The notes below the pieces were generated by a model that saw only the letters and a program-made list of their open reading frames with translations, had not been told where the DNA came from and ran no database searches. Shown here piece by piece: positions 45,500-61,948 of a stretch of 64,000 bases of DNA. This DNA is from the human T2T-CHM13v2.0 reference genome, Homo sapiens: NCBI RefSeq assembly GCF_009914755.1, contig NC_060947.1; one strand, 5' to 3'. The translations under genes and the position numbers were made by a program. The first letter of the stretch is position 1. Each line of letters starts with the position of its first letter.

Positions 45500-48425
45500 A
45501 TCCTGAAATATAGATACAGATATAGATATTTGCTGCAGCAGCACTGTGAAAAAAATAAAAGGAAAGAAGCACACAGAAAGGATTGCTGAGGAGACTGGTA
45601 TACTTGAGATGCCTGGAGATTCCAAGAAACAAAGAAAAAGGGTAAGGACTATTAATATCAGCCACCTGGTAGGGGCCACCGTAGTATCCAGTGGTCTGAT
45701 CTGTAGAGGACACTAGCAGTCCAATAGCCATTAATGTTGTGGAACCCCTTTAAGAGAGCAATGCTGCAGTGTCCATCCCTCCCAAGAAGGCAATGCTATT
45801 GTGCTGCCCTGGGATTGGAGCAACCATCTCCCAAACCCCATGTGTGCCCCAGACCCCAGAACCACAATCTTCCCATGATTACTTATGCCTAGGACACCAG
45901 GGCCACCCTGGAGCAAGAGCTCCCATGCTTAGGAACCAGAGCCAATACAGTCTGTGAAAACCCATGCTCTGGGTTCCAGATCCCCAGCTGTGCCACAAGC
46001 ACCCATACTTTGTACATTATTACCAAAGCAGCAGTGGGGTTGCCTGTACCCTGTGCACTGGTGCCACTGCTGCATTAATTTCAGTAGTTGTGGTCTCTCC
46101 ATGCATGCCAGTGTTCCTGATCCCAAGTCTATGGCTGCTCCATGAGCTTCATGCATAGACACTAGTGACATTACTATCACAAGTCCACCCATGTGGTGTA
46201 CATGGCTTTTAGAGGGATACCCTGGGCTCCAGCTTCCTCGTAGGAGAAAAAGAGATCAAGAGTATGTCAGTAGCTTTTGCCGCAGAAGATTCCAACGGTC
46301 CTTACTGCCGCCACAGACAACTACCATCTTGTGTGCTGAGGACCCCCAAAATCTTCATTGACACTGACCTCAGATGACAAACCTACATGGAGATGACACT
46401 GATGTACCCTCACCAGAGCTGGAACTGCTGTACTCCCCAACCCTCCACTCATCCAGCCATCACTCACACCTACAAGTAAGTGAAGGTCTTTCCCCAATGA
46501 AAGCAGTATGAGAAGTTTGGAAGAGGTGATTTCTCAATAAATTGCACAGACATCCATGCAAGGCAACAAACATTATAAAAAACTAAGGACACATGACACT
46601 ACCAAAGGAACACAGTAATTTTCCAGTAATTGATCTTAAAAAAAAATGGAGATCTGTGGATTTTCTGACAAGGAATTCAAAACAATTGTTTTAAGAAGCT
46701 CAGTAAGCTACAAGAAAATACGGATCAACAATTCAGTCAAATACAAAAACAATATGTGAACAAAAAGGAAGTTTAACAGAGAGAAACCATAACAGAACAG
46801 AAATTCTAGAGCTGAAGAATACAATTAATTAAATAAAAATATAATGTAATAGAGAGTGTTAGCAAAATTGATCAAGCAGAATAAAGATTCTGTGAACTCA
46901 AAGGTCATTTGAAAATGTTCTATCACAGGAAATAAAAGAAAATAGAATGAAAAGAAATAAATAAAGCCTACAGGATTTATTGGACACCTTTAAGAATAGC
47001 TAAATGGTTTAAAAAATATGCAAGTATATGCTCTCTACAAAAGACTCACATCATTTTTAAAGACATACATAGACTGATAATGAAGGGAGATATTTCATGC
47101 ATCTAGAAACCAAAATAGAGCTGGGGTAGCTATATTTGTATTAGACATAATAGACTTCAAGTCAAAAACCAAAAAAAAGGAGATAAAGTTTTTTTATAGG
47201 TGATGAAGAGATCAATTTGTCAAAAGGATATAACAATAATATATATTATATATGTCAAAAGGATATAACAATACTATATATATATATATATATATCTCCA
47301 ACATCAAAGCACATAAATATGTACAGAGAATGTTGGTAGAAATAAAGAGAGAGAGAGAGACTGCAATATAATAATAGTAGGGCACTTAAATAACACACTT
47401 TTATCAATAAATAGATCATCTAGATAGAGAAATAAAAACAAAATATTGGACTTGTTACTTTATGTTAGACCAAATGGACCTAAGAGCAACAGAATACACT
47501 ATCTTATCAAACACACAGAGAACATTATTCAGGATAGGTGCATTAGGCTATAAAACAAGCCTTAAGAATTAAGAAGATTGAAATTATATCAAGTATCTTT
47601 TCTAGCCACAATAACAATAACGCTTGGATTGGAAAACAATTGGATTGGATCCAATAACAACAATTGGACTGGAAAACTTCCAACTATGTGGAAATTAAAG
47701 CACACACCCCTGAACAACCACTGGATCAAATAACAAATGAAAAACAAAATTTTAAAATATCTTGAGACAAAAAAATGTAAACACAACATATCAAAACTTA
47801 TGGAGCTTAGCAAAATCAGTTAGAAAAGGGAAGTTCATAGCAATAAATGCCTTAAAAAAGAAGAAAGCTCTCAAATAAGCAAATTAACATTACGTCTCAA
47901 GGAATTAAAATAAAAAATATACTAAGCACAAAGTTGGTAAAATGAAGGAAATAATATATGTCAGGGCAGAAATAAATGAGAGACTAGAAAAATAATGGAA
48001 AATATCCTCAAAATTAAGAGTTTATTTTTTCAAAAGAGTAACTAAATTGGCAAATATTTAGCTAGACTAAAAAAGAAGAAAAGGAAAAAAGTAAAATCAG
48101 CAATGAAATAGGGAATATTACAACTGATACCACATAAATACCAGGGGACATAAGAGACTATTATAAAAAGTTATATGTCAAAAAATTGAATAACATAAAG
48201 TAAATGAATAAATTTCTGAAAACATAAAACCTACCGACACTAAATCATGAAAATAGAAAATCTAAACATACTCATAATGAGTGAGGAGATTGAATGATTA
48301 AAAATATATCAAATAAAATCTCAGGATCAGATGGCTTCAATTCTAAATCCTACCAAACACTTAAAAATAATATAATTTCTTCTCAAACTGTTCCAAAAAG
48401 ATAAAGAGTGAAAAATACTTTTAAT
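45500..48425 (+). mobile_element. L1M (L1MA-late/L1M2-3-like) with GC-richer 5'UTR, ORF1 start, internal deletion (~47000) and EN/linker
   Basis: ORF1 start region (ACAAGGAATTCAAAACAATTGTTTTAAG), EN motifs (AGACTTCAAGTCAAAAAC, CAAATGGACCTAA). Confidence 0.7.
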
Positions 48426-49039
48426 AAAACAGATGGAGTACAGACATTTTTTGAAACAGAAAGAATATCAAAGCTCACACAAGAATCAAAGTCACAGTAC
48501 TCCTTTTCTAAAAAAATATTCAAAACTGCATTCATAATTTAAATATATTTCATCAAATTAAATGCTTGGCATAGGTGGCTATTGGTAAATTCAACCAAAT
48601 AATTAAAGAATGAAAGTACTTATTTTACCCAAACCAAAAGTTTCCAGAAAAGAATAGCGAAGACAATTATCAACACATCTTATAAGACTAGAGTTATTCT
48701 GATAACAAAACTAAAACATATAAGAAAAAATGTTAATTCAACATCCCGCATGATAGAAAAGCACACGTTTTTAACAAATTTTAAAGGGAAAAGTCTAGCA
48801 ATATATACAAAAGTCATTGCCAAGTAAGTTTTATCTTGAGACTATAAGGGTATCTGTTCTCATCACAAATATTGGGCCTTGCACTGTCAGTCATAGTTAG
48901 TTCTAAAAGGCAAGAAAAGTAAATGAAGGGCATAAAGTTTGAAAATGTGGAATATGTAATGTTACTTACAAGAGACACGACTGTTTACATAGGAAAGCCT
49001 AAAATACCAACCCTGCCAAAAAACAACCTATATAAACTT

Positions 49040-49748
49040 TGGCCACAATGAGGTATCACATAGCACCCGCTAAGATGGCTGTAATCAAAAAAGATACACA
49101 ATAAGAAATATTGGCAAGAATTTAGAGAAATCTGAACTCTTAGACATTGCCAGTGAGAAGGAAATCTATTTAATAACTTTAAAAAACAATTAATCTAGAT
49201 TTACCATATGACTGAGAAATTCTATTCCTAGACATATAACCAAGGAAAATGAAAATATATGTTCAGACAAAAACCTGAACATGAATGTTTATAACAGCAT
49301 TATTTACAACCAAAAAGTGGAAATAACCCAAATGTCTATCAACTGATAAATGGATGAACAAAATTTGGCATATCCATAAAGTGAACAACAGTTCATAGCC
49401 ATAAATAGGAATTAAGTACTGATACATGCTACAACATAGATGAAACTTGAAAACATCATGCCTATTTAAAGTGTCAAGACACATAGGATATAATTGCATT
49501 TATATGAAATATCCTGAATAGGCAAATTCATAGGTACAGAAAGTATATTAGCAGTTCACAGGGGCTAGGGTAGAGGGAAATGAGAGTGATTTTTAATTGA
49601 TATGGAAATTCTTTTGGAGTTAATAAAATGTTCTGGTATTAGTAATGATTGCTGTAAAATTTCATCTATATTAAAAGTCAGTATATTCTATAATTTAGGA
49701 TTATGAATTTATTATGTGTGAATTATATCGCATAAAAATTAAAAACAA
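49040..49748 (+). mobile_element. L1MB/MC-type 3' end
   Basis: AACCCAAATGTCTATCAACTGATAAATGGA...GTACTGATACATGCTACAAC...AATAGGCAAATTCATAG. Confidence 0.75.
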
Positions 49749-49807
49749 ATTTTACCAGGTCACGGTATACAAAGTTAATAGACAAAACCATTTTAGTATG
49801 TTTTATA

Positions 49808-50970
49808 ATTATTTTTTTAACTTTTATTTTATTTCAGGGTACATGTGCAGATTGGCAGTGTAGGTAAATTGTAAGTCACAGGGGTTTGGTGTACAGATTA
49901 TTTTGTCACCAAGGTGATAAGCATAGTACTCGATAAGTAGATTTTTGTTTTTATTTTTTATATTTTTTTGATCTTCACTTTCCTCACTCTTTGTACCACC
50001 AAGTAAGCCCTGGTGTCTGTTGTTCCCTTATTTGTGACCATATGTGCTAAATGTTTTGTTCTCACTTATAAATGAGAACATGCAGTATTTGGTTTTCTGT
50101 TCCTGCATTAGTTTGCTTAAAATAATGGCCTCCAGCTCCATCCATGTTGCTGCCAAAAAAAAAAAAAAGTGTAATCTTACTCCTTTTTTATGGCTTCATA
50201 GTATTCCATGGTGTACATGTACCACATTTTCTTTAGCCAGTCTACCACTGATGGGCATTTAGGTTGTTTCCATGTCTTTGCTTTTGTGAATACGGCTGCA
50301 ATGAACATACACGTGCATGTGTCTTTATAGTAAAATGATTTATATTCCTTTGGGGTACATACCCAATAATGGGATTGTTGGGTCGAATGGTAATTCTGCT
50401 TTGAGTTCTTTGAGAAATTGCCAAACTTCTTTCCACAATGGCTCAACTAATTTACATTCCCACTAGCAGTGTATAAGCATTCCCTTTTCTCCATGGCATT
50501 GCCAGCATCTATTATTTTTTGACTTTTTAGTAATACTCATTCTGACTGTGTGAGATAGTATCTCATTGTAGTTTTGACTTGCATTTCTCCAAAGACTAAT
50601 GATGTTGAGAATTTTTTCACATGCTTGTTGGCTTCTTTTGAAAGTGTATGTATGTCGTTTGAAAGTGTATGTATGTCTTCTTTTGAAAAGTGTCTGTTTA
50701 TGTTCTTTGCCCACTTTTTAATCCGGTTGTTTGTGTTTTGGTTGTGGATTTCTTTGAGTTACTTGTAGATTATGGATATTAGACCTTTGTCAGATGCATA
50801 GTTTGCAAATATTTTCCCATCCTGTACATTGTCTGTTTACTCTGTTGATAGTTTATTTTACTGTGCAGAAGCTCTTTAGTTTAATTTGGTCCCATTTGCC
50901 AATTTCTGTTTTTGTTATAATTGCTTTTGGCATCTTCATCATGACATCTCGGCCAGTTCCTATGTCCCTG
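49808..50970 (-). mobile_element. L1PA13-15-type 3' end, 5'-truncated
   Basis: Reverse 3'UTR and ORF2 C-terminus (50177-50446 ...KTWKQPKCPSVVDWLKKMWYMYTMEYY). Confidence 0.88.
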
Positions 50971-52350
50971 ACAATATTAGATCATCATTCTGTTTTTTCT
51001 TTGACTGGGTTATTTCCAAAGACGAGTCTTCAAGTACTAAGATTCTTTTTCCTTCTTGACCCAGTGTATTCTTGAAGCATTAAAATATATTTTCTCCTGT
51101 TCAATTAATTCTTCTGTTCCAGAATTTGTTTGGTTTTTTTTTGTGACATGTATCTCTTTTGTAAATTTGTCATTAATATTTTAATTTTTTGTGATTCAAT
51201 TGTACTGCTTTTTGGAATTCTATCTTGCTAACCTTCTTTAGTATTACATTTTAAGTCGTTTTCTATTATTTTCTGAATTTCTACTTGATTTCAATGTGTT
51301 GCTGGGGAATTATTATTTTCCTTTGGAGGTGCCACATGTCCTTGCATTTTCGTGTTTCCTGTGTTCTTACATTCATATCTTCATACCTGGTGTAATAGCC
51401 ACTTTCTCTAATTTTTTAAATTTACTGTCATAGAGGAGGATATTTTCCTGAAGCTGTATCAATGGTGTTGGTTGGGTACAGCTTTTTTGATTTGATTCTA
51501 GATGCATGTGGTAGTGTAGTCTCTGTATCTTTGATTTCCTCAATGGCTTGGAGAGTGGTTATTATTAGTGGTGGCTGTGGTTAAGTTTTGTTGTGGATAG
51601 AGATGCCAGGTGCACTGCTGGAGGCAGAGTCTCTTCTCACAGCCCCAGCCAGAAAGACCTCAGGGTCTGGAAATCATCCTCTTGTTTCTTCTGTCCCAGG
51701 GGCCTACCTTCTTGGTGTGCTGCACTGTCCATTTTTTGAAGAAGTGGTACTTTATATGGGCTAAAGTACTGAGGACTTTGCAGCACATTTGGGTCCAGAT
51801 TGTGTCGTGCCACTGTAGTTCTCCAGGTGAATGCTGCGGAATGTCAGTGGGGCCTCCTAAAATTGGGAAATATGAGGGCTGTGGATCTCAGGGTCTAATG
51901 AAGTTTGGTGACAGTTATGTTCTCACAATGGTGCTGTTCTACAGCCGCTTAGTTCTCAGGGGATTGTGTGACCCAGTGTGAGTTACCTGTCTAGTGTAAT
52001 GCCCTCACAGGACCTCCAGATCACCACTGAACCTAGTCTCAGAGTTTGTGTGGGTACAGGAGTTCTCCTGTGCTTCAAATTGTAGCAGTTTGTGATGGGG
52101 ATTTGGACAACTGAGGGTCCTTCACTTACCCTGCAATATGGAGCCCCTTGGGGCTCCCAGCCAGTATCAGCCAAGATGGATGCTCACTTCCTTCTCCTTC
52201 TGTGCCTCAGGTATTTCCTGTGACATCTCTGTTGAAATCTAGTGTTCTCTCCAAGATGTTCTATTCAAAGTCTGATTACCTATTTTCAATTTGAATCCTT
52301 CCTTGTAGAGAGGGCAAGTGTCCAATGTCTCTAGTCAGCCATCTTAAACC
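50971..52350 (-). mobile_element. L1MA-type 5' end/ORF1 start, internally deleted
   Basis: Minus strand starts GGTTTAAGATGGCTGACTAGAGAC; ORF1-start-like T-rich sequence at 50980-51400. Confidence 0.65.
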
Positions 52351-52663
52351 TATCACTCCTGCTCCACCCTCCATAAGCCACCTATCTGTGATTTCATTCA
52401 ATATTTTTCCCCATTTGATGGGCTCTCTTTTTACTTTCTTAATGGTGTTTTCTGAAGTACAAACTTTTAAAAGAAATTAGTAATGTACAATTTATGTATT
52501 ATTATTTTGTTCCTTGTGTTTTTGAAGTCATATATATATATAACACCATTGCCTAATCCAGGTTCAGAAGTATTTGCACCTATTCCTTCTTCTAAAAGTT
52601 TTATAGTTTTACACTCTACATTTGGGTCTTTTGTTTATTTTGAGTTAATTTTTGTATATGAGG

Positions 52664-53748
52664 TGTATTAGTCCATTTTCACACTGCTGATAAAAACATA
52701 CCCGAGACTGGGTAATTTTTTTAAAAAGTATACGTTTCATAAACTCACAGTTCCATGTGGCTGGGGAGGCCTTGCAATCATGGCAGAAGGCAAAAGGCAC
52801 GTCTCACGTGGCAGCAGACAAGAGAGAATGAGAGCCATTCCTTTTCATTACTTTTGCAAATTTCTGCAGCTGGCTTGAATTTATTCTCAGAAAATGGGAT
52901 TTTATTTTCTATTGCATTGTGAGGATGCAGATTTTCCAAACATTTATGCTGTCTCCCTTTTAAAACTGAATGCTTTTAACAGCACCCAAGTCACATCATC
53001 AATGTTTTGCTGCTTTGAAATTTCTTCCACCAGATACCCTAAATCATCTGCCTCAAGTTCAACGTTCCACAAGTCTCTAGGGCAGGGGCAAAATGCTGTC
53101 AGTCTCTTTGCTAAAACATAGCAAGGGTCACCTTTATTCCAGTTCCTAACAAGTTCCTCATCTCCATCTGAGATCACCTCAGCCTGGATTTCATTGTCCA
53201 TATTATTATCAGCACTTTGATCAAAACCATTCAACAAGTCTCTAGGAAGTTCCAACCTTTCCCACATTTTTCTGTCTTCTTCTGAGTCCTCCAAACTGTT
53301 CCAACCTCTTCCTGTTACACAGTTCCAAAGTCGCTTCCACATTTTCAGATAACTTTACAGTAGCACCTTTTTCTACTGGTACCAATAAACTGTATTAGTT
53401 CATTTTCATACTACTGATAAAGACATACCTGAGAATGGGTAATTTATTAAAAAAATAGGTTTCATGGACTCACAGTTCTATGTGACTGGGGACGCCTCAC
53501 AATCATGGCAGAAGGCAAAAGGCATGCCTCACATGGCAGCAGACAAGAGAGAATGAGAGCCAAGAAAAAGGAATTTCCCATTATAAAATCATCAGATCGC
53601 ACGAGATGTATTTACTACCACAAGAACAGTATGGGGGAAACCACCCCTAAGATTCAATTATCTCTCACCATTCCTCCCACAACACGTGGGAATTATGGGA
53701 GCTGCAATTCAAGATGAGATTCAGTGAAGACACAGCCAAACCATATAA
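52664..53748 (-). mobile_element. Internally deleted THE1-type MaLR provirus: partial 3'LTR 52664-52837, internal 52838-53391, 5'LTR 53392-53748
   Basis: Two TGTATTAGT.CATTTTCA starts; MaLR internal ORF remnant 52944-53342 (EDRKMWERLELPRDLLNGFDQ); CTACTGGTACCAA next to the LTR. Confidence 0.9.
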
Positions 53749-54454
53749 TGGTGTGAGGTAGCTGAGTTCCTACATTTGCAAGTGGATATCAAGTTGTCCC
53801 AGAATTATTTGTTGAAAACTCTATTCTTCCCCACATTGAATGGTCTTGGCATCTTTGCCAAAACTCAATTGACCATAATGTAAGGGTGTATTTCTAAACT
53901 TTCAATTGTATTTTGTTGATTTATATGTATGTTCTTATGTCAGTACCACACTTTTGAGTACTGCTGCTTTGTAGCAATTTCTAAAATCAGTAATTTTAAA
54001 AATTGAAAAGTGTGGGTGCTTCTATTTTGTACATCTTTTTCAACACTGTATTGGCTATGTCCCAACAATTTATATATAAATTTAGAATCAGCTTGTCTGT
54101 CTCTGAAAATTGCAGTAAATATTATAGCAGTTTGCTATCATAAGAAAAATTACTATTACAATTCACTAGCATGGGATATATATCCACTTATGTAGGTTTT
54201 CATTAATTTCTTTAACACTCTTGTCATTTCAGAGTACAAGTTTTGCAATTCTGTTAAATGTATTCTTAAGCATTTTTGTTAATGGTACTATAAACTTAAT
54301 TAGTTTTTAAAGGTCATTTTCAGTTTTCTTACTGCTTCCATATAGATATACATTTGATTTTGCATATTTATCTTATATGTTGCAACATTTATGACTTCAA
54401 TTATCACTTCTAATAGTTTTTCAATAGACAATTTAGGATTTTTTACATACCAGA

Positions 54455-54821
54455 TGATATGGTTTGGCTGCGTGCCCACCCAAATCTCGTCTTGAACTGT
54501 AGCTCCCATAATCCCCACATATTGTGGGAGGGACCTGGTGGGAGATAACTGAATCATGGGGCGGATTTTTCTGTGTTGTTTTCATGATAGTTAATAAGTC
54601 TCATGAGATCTGATGGTTTTATAAAGGGCAGTTCACCTGCACAGGCTCTCTTGCCTGCTGCCATGTGAGACTTGGCTTTGTTCCTTCCTTCTTCACCTCC
54701 TGCCGTGATTGTGAGTTCTCCCCAGCCATGTGGAACTGTCAGTCCATTAAACCTTTTTTTTCTGTATAAATTACCCAGTCTCAGGTATGTCTTCAAAGTA
54801 GTATGAAAATAGACTAATACA
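54455..54821 (+). mobile_element. Solo THE1(C/D) LTR
   Basis: TGATATGGTTTGGCTG...AGACTAATACA; TSD CCAGA/CCATA. Confidence 0.93.
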
Positions 54822-55090
54822 CCATATTATACCATCTGAAAGTAAAAATAGTTTTATGTCTTCTTTTCATATCTGTATGTTTTCATTAATTTTTCCTGTC
54901 TAATTACCTTGGATAGAAACTCAGTGTAATGTTGAATAGATATAGTGAGAGTAAACACCTTTTTTTGTGATCTTAGTAAAAAAAAATCAATCTTTCCCCA
55001 TTACTTATAATGTTAGCTGTTGGTTTTTTATGCATCTACTTTATCAAATCAAGCAAGGATCTTTCTATTCATAGTCTATTGAGTGTCTTT

Positions 55091-56213
55091 TATGTTTACT
55101 TTGTATTTTTAAAAATAATGTATAACATTTATAGCATTCTTTGAATATTATAACTTTGATTTTTATTATACCTAATAAAGGCTAAATGATATCTGCAGTG
55201 TTTTGATATCTATTAGGTTTACATGTTTATTCTCAGCGAATTTTTGATGCATAGTGTAACAATGTACTGTAGTTCCCACATATCCATGGGGATATGTTCC
55301 AAAATCTCCAGTGGATGCCTGGAACTGTGGATAATACAAAACCTGATTGCTGTTAATTGGAACATGTTTCCATTCATGTCTTCCACCTATAAATGCAATG
55401 TCTTTTTTTTATCATAAATAGGCACTTATCATGCACTCTGGCCATAACTTTTGCAGGATGAGATGCAACAGCAAAACTAGCACAGGCGTCAAGATTAGAA
55501 GTAAATTCCAATACACCTTACATATCTCATCTTTCTTTCTTACATAGCCTCTATTTTGACTATGAAGGTTTAGATTTTGTTTTGAACATCTTCCCCATGA
55601 ATAATATTTAGAGAGTCTTTGTCTTACCGAAAAAAGTCTGTTCTCAGATAAATGATTTTTCTACATCTTCTGCATTCTTGACCATTTTCATCCTTCAGTG
55701 TTTTCTTGTCTATGAGTGCAGCTTACCACAGAGGTTTATCTGGGCTTTCTTTTTAGTAATCTATCTGTTCATCAACTTGCTAGATTTCGGGACAGATCTT
55801 CATTGGGTTTCCTCCATCTACCATCCAGGACTTTTCGCCTCGTCCCAACCTGAAGATAACATCTGGTTTGGCAACCAGATACCCCATGGACACCAGGTGG
55901 CTGTAGTTGCCAAGCATGGCATTCCTGTAAAGATTCTTATGAGGAGAGTCCATTTGCTGCCATTGCTCCAGGACAAAGTCCACAAACATGTCTTTGAAGG
56001 TCAATGATTCCCAGGACATGGCCATCCTGTTCTTCTCTGGAAAAGGATGGTGATCTCCTCCTGAGACCTCAGCCTGGGTTTTCTTAGACTAAGTGAGGAA
56101 GCACAGGCAAAGATAAGCTGGGGTCTGAATTTGTTTAGCAGCGTTCTCGGTTATGTATTCTGTCCTTGATTGCCAAAGGCCTAAAACCTCAAGTGCAGAT
56201 GACAACAGACAGT
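55091..56213 (-). pseudogene. Processed pseudogene of a KRAB-only transcript (KRBOX4/ZNF674 family); coding remnant ~55490-56025
   Basis: MAMSWESLTFKDMFVDF..QWQQMD...NLYRNAMLGNYSHLVSMGYLVAKPDVIFRL (KRAB-A+B, intronless), continuing through stops and a frameshift as QVDEQIDY*KESPDKPLW*AALIDKKTLKDENGQECRRCRKIIYL...KYYSWGRCSK...YVRKKD; degenerate poly(A) 55091-55110; TSD 55074-55090/56214-56230. Confidence 0.9.
55267..55483 (+). mobile_element. MER44/Tigger7-type DNA transposon fragment lying inside the retrocopy
   Basis: CTGTAGTTCCCACATATCCATGGGGATATGTTCCAAAATCTCCAGTGGATGCCTGGAACTGTGGATA matches the MER44 terminus as remembered; only one end present. Confidence 0.75.
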
Positions 56214-56786
56214 GTCTGTTGAGTATTTTTAACATGAAGTGTTATTGGGTTTTTCAAATAATTTTTCTGCAACTATTACAGAAATTACATAATCATATAA
56301 TTTTTATTTTATTCTATTGATAGGGTATATTAGATTAATTAATTTTTGGAGGTTGAAACAACCTTGAATTTCTAACTAAAGTTCCATTTGATCATATTGG
56401 GTAATTCTTTTATACATTGGTGAAGTCAGGTTGCTAGTATTTTTCTGAGATTGTTTTCCTTTATATTCATAAGTGATACTGGCCAGTAATATTCTTTTCT
56501 TATAATATATTCATCTGATTTTGATATTTATCAAACACTGGCCTCAGAATTAGTTGGGAAGTATTTTCTTCTCTGCTATTGTTTTATAGAGTTTGTAAAG
56601 AATTTGTATTAATGCCTTAAACGTCTTGTAGAACTCAATGAACCCCCTTGGTGAAGGGTTTACATTGTTAGAAAATTTTGATCCAGTCTCTACTAAACAT
56701 AGGTCTTTCTGGCTTTAATTTCTTATTTTTTATTGATAAACGAAGTTGGGTATATTTAGGAAGTACATGTGTTTTTTGATAGATGT

Positions 56787-60381
<3,595 letters not shown>

Positions 60382-61948
60382 ATATGTAATGATCAAGATA
60401 ATTGAAATGCCCATCACCTCAAATATTTATAATTTATTTGTGTATGGAATATTTCAAATATTCAAACTCTTCCCTTTCAACTATTTTGAAATATATTATA
60501 AATTTTTATTAATTATTCTCACCCTACCCTCCTATAAAACACTAGAACTTATTCATTCTGTTTAAATATATTTTATACCCATTAACCAACTCCTGCTTAT
60601 CTCCCTTTTGCCCCATACCCTTCTCTGTCTCTAGTAAACACCAAACTCCTCACTACCTCCAATTCTATCTATGTTACTGAAAAATTGCAGGATTTTATTC
60701 ATTATGGCTGAATAATATTTCATTGTATATATATACCATATTTTCTTTATCCATTCCTCTATGCTGTTTTTCATACTTGCTGTGCTAATTTACATTCTCA
60801 CTAAACGTTTTACTTTCTCTGTATTCTCTTGGCATCCTCACCAGCATCTATTATTTTCTGTGCTTTTGATAATAGCCATTCTACTCAGCACCATTTATTG
60901 AAGAGACTGTTTTTTCCCCCATTGTTAGTTCTTGGTGGTTTTGTCAATAGTGCATTTGCTTAAGTGTGTGAATTTATTTCTGTTTCTTTTTTATTCTGTT
61001 CTATTTGTCTATGTGTCTGTTTTTATGTCAGTAACATGATGTTTTGGTTCCTGTAACTTTGTAGTATATTTTGAATTCAGGTAGTATGATGCCTCCAGTT
61101 ATTTTTGTTTTTTGTTTTGTTTTTTTCTTTGCTGGGGATTGCTTTGTCTATTCAGGGTCTTTGATGGTTTCATAAAACTTTTTAGTACTTATTATATTCC
61201 TGTGTAGCATATCACTGGTATATTGATAGGGATGGAATTGAATATGTAAATCACTTTGCGTAGTATGGGCATTTTAACGCCATTAGTTCTTTCATCTGTG
61301 AGCATAGAATATTTTCCCACATTTTTGTATCCCCTTCAATTTGTTCAGTGTATAAGGTACCATTTATACATTGTTGGTAGTAACGTAAATTAGCTCAGCC
61401 ATTGTATTTCTTTAACAAAACCAGTGAAAGATCTTACATATAAAATATGTATATATAGCAGCTATTGTAAAAAAATTACTGTCTTGATTTATTTTTCAGA
61501 TTGTTTGCTGTTGGCATATATAAATCCTACTGATATTTATATGTTGACTTTGTATCCTACAACTTTACTGAATTCATTTATCAGTCCCAATATTTTTTCG
61601 TGTGTGGAGTTTTTAGGTTTTCCTAAATATAACATTGTGTCATCTGTGGAAAAGGACATTTATATACCTTCCATTCAAATTGGAATGTCCTTTACTTATT
61701 TATCTTGCCTAATCCCTCTGGCTAGAACTTCCAGTACTATGTTGAATAAAAGGGAATAATAAAATTGTTATTTTCCTTTGCTGAATTATCTTCTTTATCA
61801 TTATATAACTTTTTCATCTCTTCATACACATTTTTTACTAAAATATGTTTTATCTGATAAAAGTATAACTATTCCCGCTCTTTTTAAATTTCCATTTGCA
61901 TGTAATATTTTTTCTACATCCTTTTATTTTCAGGCTATGTGTGTCTTT

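Noticed and set aside
45489-46192. Second cluster of short ORFs in GC-richer sequence
   Set aside because: Old L1M 5'UTR; chance ORFs.
55678-56007. 109-aa plus-strand ORF
   Set aside because: Antisense shadow of the KRAB retrocopy.
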